Of a stretch of 32,184 bases of DNA, positions 1 through 8,699 are shown piece after piece. The notes below the pieces were generated by a model. The model ran no database searches. It saw only the letters and a list, made by a program, of their open reading frames with translations, and was not told the origin of the DNA. Both the position numbers and the translations under genes were made by a program. Positions within the stretch are counted from its first letter, which is position 1. Every line of letters starts with the position of its first letter. Origin of the DNA: an uncultured bacterium (lineage in GTDB: Bacteria > Krumholzibacteriota > Krumholzibacteriia > Krumholzibacteriales > Krumholzibacteriaceae); contig CBDUYR010000029.1 in NCBI GenBank assembly GCA_965371515.1, positions 1 through 32,184 of the forward strand. The letters run 5' to 3'.

Positions 1-102
1 GGCCGCAACGGCAGGGGCGACGTAGTGAGGAACGGAGTATACATCTGCAAGATAACGGCCGGCGGGAAATCCGCGATGTTCAAGATCGCGGTGGCCAAGT
101 AG
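1..102 (+). CDS. 3' end of a secreted protein with an FlgD-Ig / T9SS-type C-terminal domain (5'-truncated by window)
   Basis: Frame 1 reads GRNGRGDVVRNGVYICKITAGGKSAMFKIAVAK* (TAG 100-102). This matches the (WD)GR..G..V..GVY....K.AV pattern of FlgD-Ig sorting domains. Not in the ORF track. Confidence 0.8.
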   Translation, partial: GRNGRGDVVRNGVYICKITAGGKSAMFKIAVAK

Positions 103-112
103 GTGGAGACGG

Positions 113-2002
113 ATGAAGAGAGTACTTGAAATAACGCTGATCATCGCTCTCGGACTCTGTCCGCTCGGCGCTGCCGCGCAGGACGGAGGCGGGGGAACGA
201 GGTCGGTCTTCATTCTCGGCGCCGGGTCGCGGGCCATCTCAATGGGCGGGGCCTTCACCGCCGTGGCTGATGACGCTTCGGCCGTCTTCTACAATCCCGC
301 GGCGATGAAGATCAACGGGGCTCCCACGCTGATGGCGAACCACATCTCGCTCTTCTCCGGATTCACCGACGCGAGCTACGATTATCTCGGGCTCGTCTGG
401 CCGACTCTCGGGGCAGGATCGTTCGGAGCCGGGCTGCTCACGACGGGAACGGGCGGTATCAAGGGCTTCGACGAGTTCAGCAGACCGACCGGGGAGCTCT
501 CGTACAGAGAGAGCCTGGGAATCGTCTCGTATGCGTTCGACATGCCGTGGCGATTCGCCGGCACATGGTCAGTAGGGACATCGATAAAGATCCTCAACCA
601 GAGGATCGGGGATTACTCCGATACGGGCACGGGCCTCGACCTGGGGCTGCTGTACCGCATTAAATATATAGATGGGCTGACCTTCGGTATGAACCTTCAG
701 GATATAGTGGGGGCGAAGACGAAGCTGGTCTCGGCCAGCGATGAAGTATACAGAACGATGATGTTCGGCCTCGGGTACAGAAGGGCGCTCGGGGAGAGCT
801 CGAGACTGACCGTGTCGGTCCAGATGGACATGCCGGAGAAGGCAGACAACGACCTGAGGTTCGGCGCGGAATACACGATCCGCAACATGATCAGCATCAG
901 GATGGGATACGATTCCGAATCGTTCACGGCCGGCATTGGATTCGCATGGCACGGATACTCCTTCGACTACGGATATTTCAGCAGGGAAGAGGCTGGGAGC
1001 TCTCACCCGATCACGATAACCGCCAGGCTCGGGACACCGCTCGAGCAGCAAAGCGCAGAGAGGGAGGAGATTCGCAGGGCCGAGGATGAGAGAAGGCTCA
1101 CCGAACTCTTCGCCGTTCGAGTTGCTTCACACATCGACGCTGCCGACAGCCTGAGAGGAGCCGGTGAGCAGGAGAGCGCACTCGATGAGGTCAAGATAGC
1201 GCTCGAATACGATCCGGGCAACGAGCGGGCCGCGACGCTGCGTGACGAGATCGGTGTGGAGATTCTCGCCGTCCAGGCGGAGCGTACGAAGAACGCCGAG
1301 AAGTCACTTCTGATCAACCAGCATTTCAGACTCGGATTCGAGCACTATAACGCTAACGAGTATATTCTCGCCAGGACCGAAATGCGCAACGTCCTCGAGA
1401 TCGATTCGGAGAACGAGCAGGCGCATGACTACTTGCGCAGAACCGAGGAGAAACTGGACGATCAGCTCCAGTCACACCTCACAGAGGCGGAGGGACATGA
1501 AAGGGCCGGCAGGCTCCCCGAGGCGCTCGGTGAGTGGAACGTCGTCAGGATGATCGATCCCGATAACGCGGATGCTCCAGTGGCCATAGAGCGGATCAAG
1601 GACCGCATAAACAGCATGAGCAGGAGTTACAAGGATGCCAGCCGCAGGCTCGAGACGATCGACCTCTTCGAGAAGGCCGTGACGGCGTTCAGCGAGGGAA
1701 AGTACGAGGACGCGATTACGCTCGCTCGCCGGGTCCTCCAGCTCGATCCGGCCCACGAGCTTGCTAAGGACCTGATCAACAGGGCGGAGCGGAGGATGAA
1801 ACCTCTCAGCGACGACGAGAATGAACAGATAAAGAACCTCCATAAAGAAGGCATGAAATACTCCACACAGAAGGAATATGAGAAGGCGATAGATGCCTGG
1901 GAGAAGATCCTCGATATAGATCCGGATAACGAGGGCGTCAGAAAGAACATCGAGGAGGCGAAGCGGCGGCTCAGAAAACTCGAGTCGTCCGAAGGCGGAT
2001 AA
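113..2002 (+). CDS. PorV/PorQ (UPF0164)-family outer-membrane beta-barrel with C-terminal TPR array
   Basis: Signal peptide, then the motif GAGSRAISMGGAFTAVADDASAVFYNPA and alternating beta-strand pattern to ~aa 305. Repeated TPR ends follow (ALEYDPGN, VLEIDSEN, MIDPDN, LQLDPAH, LDIDPDN). GGAG RBS upstream. Confidence 0.85.
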   Translation: MKRVLEITLIIALGLCPLGAAAQDGGGGTRSVFILGAGSRAISMGGAFTAVADDASAVFYNPAAMKINGAPTLMANHISLFSGFTDASYDYLGLVWPTLGAGSFGAGLLTTGTGGIKGFDEFSRPTGELSYRESLGIVSYAFDMPWRFAGTWSVGTSIKILNQRIGDYSDTGTGLDLGLLYRIKYIDGLTFGMNLQDIVGAKTKLVSASDEVYRTMMFGLGYRRALGESSRLTVSVQMDMPEKADNDLRFGAEYTIRNMISIRMGYDSESFTAGIGFAWHGYSFDYGYFSREEAGSSHPITITARLGTPLEQQSAEREEIRRAEDERRLTELFAVRVASHIDAADSLRGAGEQESALDEVKIALEYDPGNERAATLRDEIGVEILAVQAERTKNAEKSLLINQHFRLGFEHYNANEYILARTEMRNVLEIDSENEQAHDYLRRTEEKLDDQLQSHLTEAEGHERAGRLPEALGEWNVVRMIDPDNADAPVAIERIKDRINSMSRSYKDASRRLETIDLFEKAVTAFSEGKYEDAITLARRVLQLDPAHELAKDLINRAERRMKPLSDDENEQIKNLHKEGMKYSTQKEYEKAIDAWEKILDIDPDNEGVRKNIEEAKRRLRKLESSEGG

Positions 2003-5000
2003 GTGAAGAAAGAACTCCTTAGGGACAGAGAGACATTTCACCTGGAAATCCCGGCCGACGAGAACAACCTCAGCGAGGTCAGGGATTTCATCGCAGAGGT
2101 GTGCGTAAAGGCCGGTTTCTCCAAGCGCGAGACGAATAACACGAAGCTCGCGATGGACGAGGCCTGTACCAACATCATCAAGCACGCCTACTACGACAAG
2201 GCCGGGACGATACGAATAGACGTTCAGGCGGAGCCAGGCAAGGTCGAGATCAATATCTTCGACAGGGGTAAACCCTTCGACTGGTCAGGTGTGAAGGACC
2301 CCGACCTGCAGAAATACGTCGAGATCGGTAAAAAGGGTGGCCTCGGGATCTTCTTGATGAACAGGTTGATGGACGATCTGGACTACCAGGCGTCCGAGAG
2401 CGGCAACCGGCTCTACATGCTTAAAATGGCCGGTACCGGGAGAGACAGGCCGCTGTTCTTCTCGATCAAACGGAAATGGACATCGACCCTCAGGTTCAAA
2501 TTCGCCTTCAGAGCGACCCTCGGGCTCCTCGGCCTGGTCTTTTTCCTCTGGGCAATCCAGTTCGTCAACCAGTCCAGGGATGTCGCCGAGAGGACCAGTG
2601 AGGCATGGGCGTCTATGGAGAGCTTCGCCAACGCGGTGGAGTCAAAGAGCGAACCGGCGATGATCAGGGATGACCTGTACGATCCCGAGTACCTGGAGCT
2701 CACCGATTTTGTGATGGAACGCGTTGTGAAGCACCCCGCGGTCATCTATGCGAGGATCGTCAACAACGACGGGACGATAGTTTCCTCGAACGACGTCGAG
2801 GAGTTCATGAATCGTTATCAGATACCCGTGAGTGCGGAAAAGCTCGATGACAAGGGGACGTGGATCACCGTGGAGGGGTCGAAAGGCGATAAAATAAGGG
2901 AGCTGCACATCCCGATACGTATCACGCGGGATAACGCCGAAAACGTGACTTCGCTCGGACGTATAGTCGTCGGTGTTTCAGAAAAAGTGATAATGAACAG
3001 TATCAACGATCCCAGGCAAAAGACCACCCTTATCATCGCGGCACTGTTTGTTGTAGGACTCTCCCTCATATATCTGCTTATCTCCGTCCTGGTGAAACCG
3101 ATCCAGGCCCTGACTGACGGAGTGAGGGCTATAGGCGAAGGTGATTTCAGCGACGAGTTGGAGATCGACGGTCCTGAAGAAATAGGCGAGATCGCCAGGG
3201 CGTTCAACGAGATAACGTCCAAGTTCCGTGAAGCCCAGAAGAGTGTAGTAGAACAGGAAAGAATGCAGAAGGAGATGCAGGTCGCCCAGGAGATCCAGCA
3301 CTCCCTGCTTCCCAGCAAGGTTCCCGCGGTCAGCGGGTATGACATTGCGAGTCTCTATCGCGCCGCGAAGGAAGTCGGCGGAGACTATTACGATTTTGTA
3401 AGCGTCGACGAGGATACTCTCGGCGTCGTCGTGGCCGATGTTTCCGGAAAGGGCGTCCCCGGATCTCTCGTCATGACGATGATCCGTACCGCCCTGCGGA
3501 TGGAGGCAAGGGGAAGCCACTCGGCCGCCGACGTGATGTCGCGGATGAACGATTTCGTCACAGAGGACATGAAGAAGGGGATGTTCGTCACGATCTTCTA
3601 TGTGATACTCGATTCAAAGAACAGGGTCATCAGCTACGCCAGTGCAGGCCACAATCCGATGGTTCTCTTCAGGGCCGAGACGGACGAGACGTTCTTCCTC
3701 AACCCGCGTGGATTCCCGGTGGGCATCAGCCTCCCCGACGATAGCCTCTTCAGGCGCTCGATCGATGTGGAAAAGATCAAGCTGAAGAAGGACGACATGC
3801 TCGTCATCTACACCGACGGCGTTACCGAGGCGATGAACAGTGAGCGCGAGCAGTACGGCGAGGACCGCCTCCTTGCCCTGATTAAGGAATTCGGCAGGAA
3901 GTCACCCGATGAGTTTGTTGATGCTCTCAACGAGGATATCAAGGTTTTCACCAGCGGGTTTCCGCAGAATGACGATATCACCGTCGTGGCGTTTAAAGAA
4001 AAGATGATGGCCGACGACGTGCTTTACGGCATCCGCAAGAAGCTGCTTGATCTCGTGGAGGTAGAGGGTTTCACGGTGGCCGAGGCGTGTTCGCGCATGA
4101 AGGTGTCGCCGTCGACCTATTACAGGTACAAGAAGCGTATGACCGAGATGGGAGAGCGCGGGCTGAAAAACAAGAACCTGCGAGAGGAGCACGAGATAAA
4201 GCGCGTCAACCTCGAGCAGAGAAAAGAGCTTCTCGAGATAATCAGGCGCGCCCCGAAGTTTGGTGCGAAGAGGATAGCGACCGCATTCAATGAAGGCAAG
4301 GCCGAGCGTGAAACACTGACTTCCTCGCTCATATACGACGAGCTGAAGAGGATGCGTCTCAATACGTACGAAAAGAGGCTCGAATATCTGAGACGGAACA
4401 GGTTTATCTCGGAGGAGCAGTTCCAGGCTATGCTTTCCGGCGAGGAGCCGGCCGCCGCCACGGCTGTCGAGTCCGGTGACCTGGACGAGGTGGCGGCAGA
4501 GGAACTGACCGCCGTGGATGAGGATGCCGGGGAGGCAGCACCCGACGATACGGACCTTACCGAGTATCAGCCCGTTACCGTCTCGAGGTATGAAGGCGGC
4601 GAGGAGGAGGACGATGTCGAGAGACTGCTCGCTTCCGTTCTCGGTACTGATGCGGGCGATGGTGGCCTCATAGAGGTCATGACGCAGGACGAGGAGAGAG
4701 GGATCATCGTAGTCAGAGTCACAGGCCACCTTGACTCGAGCTCGGCCGGAGAGCTCGAGGTCTTCCTCGAAAGCGTCTACGAATATGGATTCTCGAAGAT
4801 TGTCATCGACCTGGAAGGCGTGCCGTACATAAGCAGCGGCGGATGGGGCATATTCACCGGACGTGTGAAGATGCTCAGGGAAAAAGAGGGAGACGTAGTG
4901 CTTGCAGGCATGTCCCTCGAGGTATTCGATATATACGAGCTGCTCGGGTTCCAGGATATCATCATGCATTTCCGTAATATAGACGAAGCGGTCGACTTCA

Positions 5001-6316
5001 TCACTCTCCCGTTCGAAGTCAGGCAGGAAAGGCTCGCGCTCGTATCGGGCAGCGCATCGGAAGGGAAACGCCTCGAGCAGAGGATCAGCGCTGTCTCGAA
5101 AGAGGAAGCGGTGCTGGAGGAAAAAGAAGGAGCCGTTCCGTGGTCCTCGCTCACGATCGAGGCAGGCACCGTAGGCGAGTCGGGCGAGATCACTATCCTC
5201 AGCCTTGTCGGGGTCATAGATACGGTCAGCTGCATGAAGCTCCGCGAGGTGCTCGAGAACCTCGTCTCGAAAAGCGTGACGAAGTTCGTTGTAGACATGT
5301 CCATGGTCGAGTATGTCAGCAGCGCGGGATGGGGTGTCTTCGCGTCGAAGATCGACGAGGTCAGGCGCTCCGAGGGCGACATAAAGATCTTCGGGATGGA
5401 TCCCGAGGTCGACAGCATTTTCCACCTGCTCGGATTCGACGTGATCATGCGCTCGTTCAGCATCCTGTCCGAGGCGATAGGGGATTTCGAAAGCGCACCT
5501 GCGCTTGCCGGATCGACAGCGGTGATCCCATCGCTGGTGACGGTTTCCGATGAGGATCCTAATGCGGAAGTTCCGCTCGAGATGCCTCCGACGGAAAGCG
5601 GACCGACGGATGCCGACCTGATGAAACTGGAGTTCGAGGTGGCGGCCAGGCGCTCACCGGACGGGAGATCGATGGTGCTCGATATCTCCGGTGCTATAGA
5701 CGCGGCAACATCCGCCTTGTTCGAGGACAGGCTCGAACTGGCCATCGAGGACAGTCCGAGGTTTTTCGTGATCGATCTCTCCGGCGTCATCTACATAAGC
5801 AGCAGCGGTTGGGGCGTGATCGTCAAGTACATGCAGAAGATCGTTGCCTACGGCGGGAGGATGGCGCTGTCAGGGATGAACCAGCCGATATTCAAGATAT
5901 TCAGGGACCTGGGGTTCGAGCCGCTGATACCTCACTTCATGAGCAGCGGGGCGGCTCTGTCCGAACTCGCCGCACCGAGCGCAGAATCGCTGGTAGAGGA
6001 ACCGGTCCAGAAAAGAAAACAAGAACCAGTTGTAGAAGATGAGGTCAAGGAGGACCCTGAACCGGTTAACGCCTTCCGGTCAGATCCGCTGCCCGCGAAA
6101 CCCATAGAGCCGCAGATTGAGAAGGCCGGCGTCGAACCGATCGAGCCCGCGGCGAGGGAACACGTCGAGACCCTCGACGTCAAACTCGATCTTTCCGATA
6201 AGGTCGACGAAGCCGAGGGGAAGGATGGCAGGATCCGCAAGCTGGGATGGGGAGAATACGGCAAGAAACTGTTCGCGCGAAACAGAAAGAGGGATGGGAG
6301 GAAGAAGAAGGAATGA
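2003..6316 (+). CDS. Multidomain membrane partner-switching protein: RsbW-type HATPase - TM - periplasmic sensor - TM - HAMP - SpoIIE/PP2C - double HTH - 3x STAS
   Basis: Kinase boxes LAMDEACTNIIKHAY, DRGKPFD and GGLGIFLM. TM helices at ~2500-2570 and ~3025-3095. HAMP KPIQALTDGVRAIGEG..EIGEIARAFN. PP2C motifs GGDYYD, ADVSGKG, SAGHNP, YTDGVTE and DDIT. HTH at ~4030-4390. STAS loops at ~4826, ~5312 and ~5792. The GTG start abuts the upstream TAA. Confidence 0.92.
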   Translation: MKKELLRDRETFHLEIPADENNLSEVRDFIAEVCVKAGFSKRETNNTKLAMDEACTNIIKHAYYDKAGTIRIDVQAEPGKVEINIFDRGKPFDWSGVKDPDLQKYVEIGKKGGLGIFLMNRLMDDLDYQASESGNRLYMLKMAGTGRDRPLFFSIKRKWTSTLRFKFAFRATLGLLGLVFFLWAIQFVNQSRDVAERTSEAWASMESFANAVESKSEPAMIRDDLYDPEYLELTDFVMERVVKHPAVIYARIVNNDGTIVSSNDVEEFMNRYQIPVSAEKLDDKGTWITVEGSKGDKIRELHIPIRITRDNAENVTSLGRIVVGVSEKVIMNSINDPRQKTTLIIAALFVVGLSLIYLLISVLVKPIQALTDGVRAIGEGDFSDELEIDGPEEIGEIARAFNEITSKFREAQKSVVEQERMQKEMQVAQEIQHSLLPSKVPAVSGYDIASLYRAAKEVGGDYYDFVSVDEDTLGVVVADVSGKGVPGSLVMTMIRTALRMEARGSHSAADVMSRMNDFVTEDMKKGMFVTIFYVILDSKNRVISYASAGHNPMVLFRAETDETFFLNPRGFPVGISLPDDSLFRRSIDVEKIKLKKDDMLVIYTDGVTEAMNSEREQYGEDRLLALIKEFGRKSPDEFVDALNEDIKVFTSGFPQNDDITVVAFKEKMMADDVLYGIRKKLLDLVEVEGFTVAEACSRMKVSPSTYYRYKKRMTEMGERGLKNKNLREEHEIKRVNLEQRKELLEIIRRAPKFGAKRIATAFNEGKAERETLTSSLIYDELKRMRLNTYEKRLEYLRRNRFISEEQFQAMLSGEEPAAATAVESGDLDEVAAEELTAVDEDAGEAAPDDTDLTEYQPVTVSRYEGGEEEDDVERLLASVLGTDAGDGGLIEVMTQDEERGIIVVRVTGHLDSSSAGELEVFLESVYEYGFSKIVIDLEGVPYISSGGWGIFTGRVKMLREKEGDVVLAGMSLEVFDIYELLGFQDIIMHFRNIDEAVDFITLPFEVRQERLALVSGSASEGKRLEQRISAVSKEEAVLEEKEGAVPWSSLTIEAGTVGESGEITILSLVGVIDTVSCMKLREVLENLVSKSVTKFVVDMSMVEYVSSAGWGVFASKIDEVRRSEGDIKIFGMDPEVDSIFHLLGFDVIMRSFSILSEAIGDFESAPALAGSTAVIPSLVTVSDEDPNAEVPLEMPPTESGPTDADLMKLEFEVAARRSPDGRSMVLDISGAIDAATSALFEDRLELAIEDSPRFFVIDLSGVIYISSSGWGVIVKYMQKIVAYGGRMALSGMNQPIFKIFRDLGFEPLIPHFMSSGAALSELAAPSAESLVEEPVQKRKQEPVVEDEVKEDPEPVNAFRSDPLPAKPIEPQIEKAGVEPIEPAAREHVETLDVKLDLSDKVDEAEGKDGRIRKLGWGEYGKKLFARNRKRDGRKKKE

Positions 6317-7059
6317 AGAGTTTCGCGATAATGACGCTGAAGGGGGGCACGGGGAAGACGACGACGGCGGTCAGCCTGGCGCACGGCCTGACCCTGAGCG
6401 GGCGGAAAGTCCTTCTCGTGGACTGCGATCCGCAGCGAAATGTCGCCGTCACTTTCGGTGTCAAGGGAGAAAAGGGGCTCGACGGCCTTCTGATGACCGG
6501 CGACGTCGACATCATCCAGGTAAGGGAGAACTTATTCATCATAGATTCCGGCGGGCGGAGGCTTGTCGAAGTCGAGCTGCAGCTCGGGAGGCAGGAGAAA
6601 CGGGAAGGAAGACTCCGGGACGCCCTGAAGCATCTCAAAGGGTGCGATTATGTCATCTGCGACTGCCCCCCGTCGATGAACCTGATAAGCATCAACGCGC
6701 TTGCCTACTGCGACGAGGTGATAGTACCGGTCGGTATGGACTACCTCTCCGAGGTGGGGGTGCACCAGACGATGGAGATCATCGAGGAGATCGGGTGGAT
6801 CACGGAAAAGAGCTCGATCGAATACAGGATACTGCCGACTTTTTTCGATTCCCGTACCAGGATATCCAGGACAGTGCTGGATGCCCTCAGGGAGCATTTC
6901 GGAGAGAGGATGTTCGGCACGGTGATCAGGATAAATACGGCGATAAGGGAAGCTCCGGGCTCCAACAAGACGATATACGAGCACGCCCCCCTGTCGAGGG
7001 GAGCGTACGATTACTACAAGTTTACCGAAGAGGTGCTCGCTCTCGAGAAAGAGAGCTGA
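6313..7059 (+). CDS. Orphan ParA/Soj-family ATPase
   Basis: Deviant Walker A KGGTGKTT, plus DCDPQ, DCPPS and IRINTAIREAP. Start reassigned to ATG 6313, which overlaps the upstream stop (ATGA). No parB in the window. Confidence 0.92.
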   Translation: MKSFAIMTLKGGTGKTTTAVSLAHGLTLSGRKVLLVDCDPQRNVAVTFGVKGEKGLDGLLMTGDVDIIQVRENLFIIDSGGRRLVEVELQLGRQEKREGRLRDALKHLKGCDYVICDCPPSMNLISINALAYCDEVIVPVGMDYLSEVGVHQTMEIIEEIGWITEKSSIEYRILPTFFDSRTRISRTVLDALREHFGERMFGTVIRINTAIREAPGSNKTIYEHAPLSRGAYDYYKFTEEVLALEKES

Positions 7060-7105
7060 GGCATCCGCCGGCAGACCTGTTTTACTGTATTCCGTGGAGG
7101 AGATA

Positions 7106-7114
7106 TGGTATTAT
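7106..7114 (+). promoter_or_regulatory. Possible extended -10 promoter element
   Basis: TGGTATTAT (TGnTATTAT) lies upstream of the AAGGAG RBS and TTG start at 7139. Confidence 0.35.
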
Positions 7115-7138
7115 CCCTGCTTGCGGAAGGAGATCCTT

Positions 7139-8257
7139 TTGGACAGTTTCGAGTTGAGAGAAGAGATACGTCACGGCGGGGCGAGTTATTTCCTGCAGAC
7201 GAGCTACAACTCTGAGAACGAGCAGATACAGAGTTCGTTTTTCAGGGACGGGGCGGTCTTTGACACGATGGTCAGAAAGGCCGGCGGGGATACGGAACCC
7301 GAGGAGCTCAGGGAACTTACGAAGGAGATCCATCAGCAGAACAAGCAGAGCTTCCGGTTCATCCTTGACGCGAGGGATAACATCGGCAAGTCGGACGATC
7401 CCAATCCGCATCTCAGGCTGGCCGAGACCCTTCTGAGGAGGAACCTCTTCCACGAGGCGATTGCCGAGGCCGAGACAGCGGTGGAAAAGGGAGCGAACGA
7501 TTCGCGGGCCTGGATGGTGATCGGAGAGGCGCTTTACCGGATGGACGAGTTTGATATGGCGCTTGACGCTATCCGCAAGGGGCTCGAGCTCAGTCCCGAC
7601 TATCCTGACCTGCATAACCTGATAGGGAAGATATTCCTCAAGCAGAATATGTGCGGGATGGCTGTCGAGAGCTTCAAGAAGGCGATCGGCCTGAACATGT
7701 ATTACGGTGAGCCATATCTCAACCTGATCCGGACCTACCTGGCCAACACGATCGTCAAGCAGGACTACGAGCTTTCCAGGGACCTTGAGGAAAAATTCTC
7801 ATCGAACCTCGAGAAGGCCAGGCAGCTCAATCCCAACCTGAAGGATGGGATAATCGAAGACTTGAAGGCCCATTTCGAACGGGAGGAGTACGAGGAGACA
7901 CTGAAACTCCTCGACGGGATCGGATCGGCCAGTGGCCGCAGCCTCGTAGACGACATCATCCTCGAGCTCTACCTGATGCTCGTCCAAAGCGGAGACGAGA
8001 TCGAGGAGGAGGATATAGATAAATACCTCGAAAAGGTTGGTGAGATACTGGACAGAAATCCCACCTTTGCAGACGCATGGAACTCGCTTGGCATCCTTTA
8101 TACTGCAAAATGCAAGATATTCATGGACAAGGCGAGCGATGCATTCAAAAAGGCTCTTGAGATAAATCAGGATTACGAAAAAGCGAGAAAAAACCTTAGG
8201 CTTGCGGAGAACGACCGACAAGGAATTTTTATCCTTTTAAAGGCATTATTGGACTAA
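7139..8257 (+). CDS. Cytoplasmic TPR protein with small N-terminal alpha/beta domain
   Basis: TPR motifs GLELSPDYPDLHNLIG, RNPTFADAWNSLG and ALEINQDYEKA. Likely TTG start at 7139 after AAGGAG (the track start is 7094). No signal peptide. Confidence 0.8.
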   Translation: MDSFELREEIRHGGASYFLQTSYNSENEQIQSSFFRDGAVFDTMVRKAGGDTEPEELRELTKEIHQQNKQSFRFILDARDNIGKSDDPNPHLRLAETLLRRNLFHEAIAEAETAVEKGANDSRAWMVIGEALYRMDEFDMALDAIRKGLELSPDYPDLHNLIGKIFLKQNMCGMAVESFKKAIGLNMYYGEPYLNLIRTYLANTIVKQDYELSRDLEEKFSSNLEKARQLNPNLKDGIIEDLKAHFEREEYEETLKLLDGIGSASGRSLVDDIILELYLMLVQSGDEIEEEDIDKYLEKVGEILDRNPTFADAWNSLGILYTAKCKIFMDKASDAFKKALEINQDYEKARKNLRLAENDRQGIFILLKALLD

Positions 8258-8260
8258 AAG

Positions 8261-8290
8261 TTGCACTAATAGATCCGAGGAACCTATAAC
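8261..8290 (+). promoter_or_regulatory. Putative sigma70-type internal promoter for the STAS pair
   Basis: TTGCAC-N18-TATAAC in an AT-rich intergenic gap. Confidence 0.45.
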
Positions 8291-8304
8291 AGGACAGTCA
8301 ACGT

Positions 8305-8673
8305 ATGGACAAACTGCTTATTGATGAAGAAAAGGTCGAGGACGTCGTAGTCCTGAAGCTCCAGGGGCTGGTCGATTCCGGCACGTCCCAGCTGATTGAA
8401 GGGCGGCTCAACGATGTGATTTCTGGCGGTAACGTCAAGATCGTCGTGGACCTCGATCTCGTGGATTACATAAGTTCCGCCGGTTGGGGGATATTCGTCG
8501 GTGAGATCAAGGGCGTCAGACAGAGCAACGGTGATATCAAGCTCGCCTCGATGCGTCCCGATGTACGGGAGGTATTCGACCTGCTCGAGTTCGACACCCT
8601 GCTTACACCGTACGATTCCCGGGGGGATGCTCTGGCAGCGTTCGAAGTAAAAGAAAAAAGCGAATTTGCCTGA
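8305..8673 (+). CDS. STAS-domain anti-sigma factor antagonist (RsbV/SpoIIAA-like)
   Basis: Motifs LQGLVD, IVVDLDLVDYISSAGWGIF, GDIKLA and VREVFDLL. Confidence 0.92.
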   Translation: MDKLLIDEEKVEDVVVLKLQGLVDSGTSQLIEGRLNDVISGGNVKIVVDLDLVDYISSAGWGIFVGEIKGVRQSNGDIKLASMRPDVREVFDLLEFDTLLTPYDSRGDALAAFEVKEKSEFA

Positions 8674-8699
8674 GCCTGGATGCAAAGGGAGCAAAACAG

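Noticed and set aside
4030..4392. Insertion sequence within the large signalling gene
   Set aside because: Only the HTH part is transposase-like. It is in frame, with no DDE domain, terminal inverted repeats or target duplication visible, so it is reported as a domesticated domain rather than a mobile element.
3902..5790. Long antisense ORFs (507 aa and 337 aa), and likewise 24202-25404 and 25485-26645
   Set aside because: They shadow well-supported + strand genes, have no recognisable motifs, and are expected from GC-rich codon bias.
6313..7059. Chromosome or plasmid partition locus (parABS)
   Set aside because: No parB, parS-like palindrome, rep gene or origin-region genes were seen in the window.
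6117..7157. 346-aa alternative-frame ORF over ParA
   Set aside because: Arg/Pro-rich off-frame translation. The ParA frame carries all the conserved motifs.
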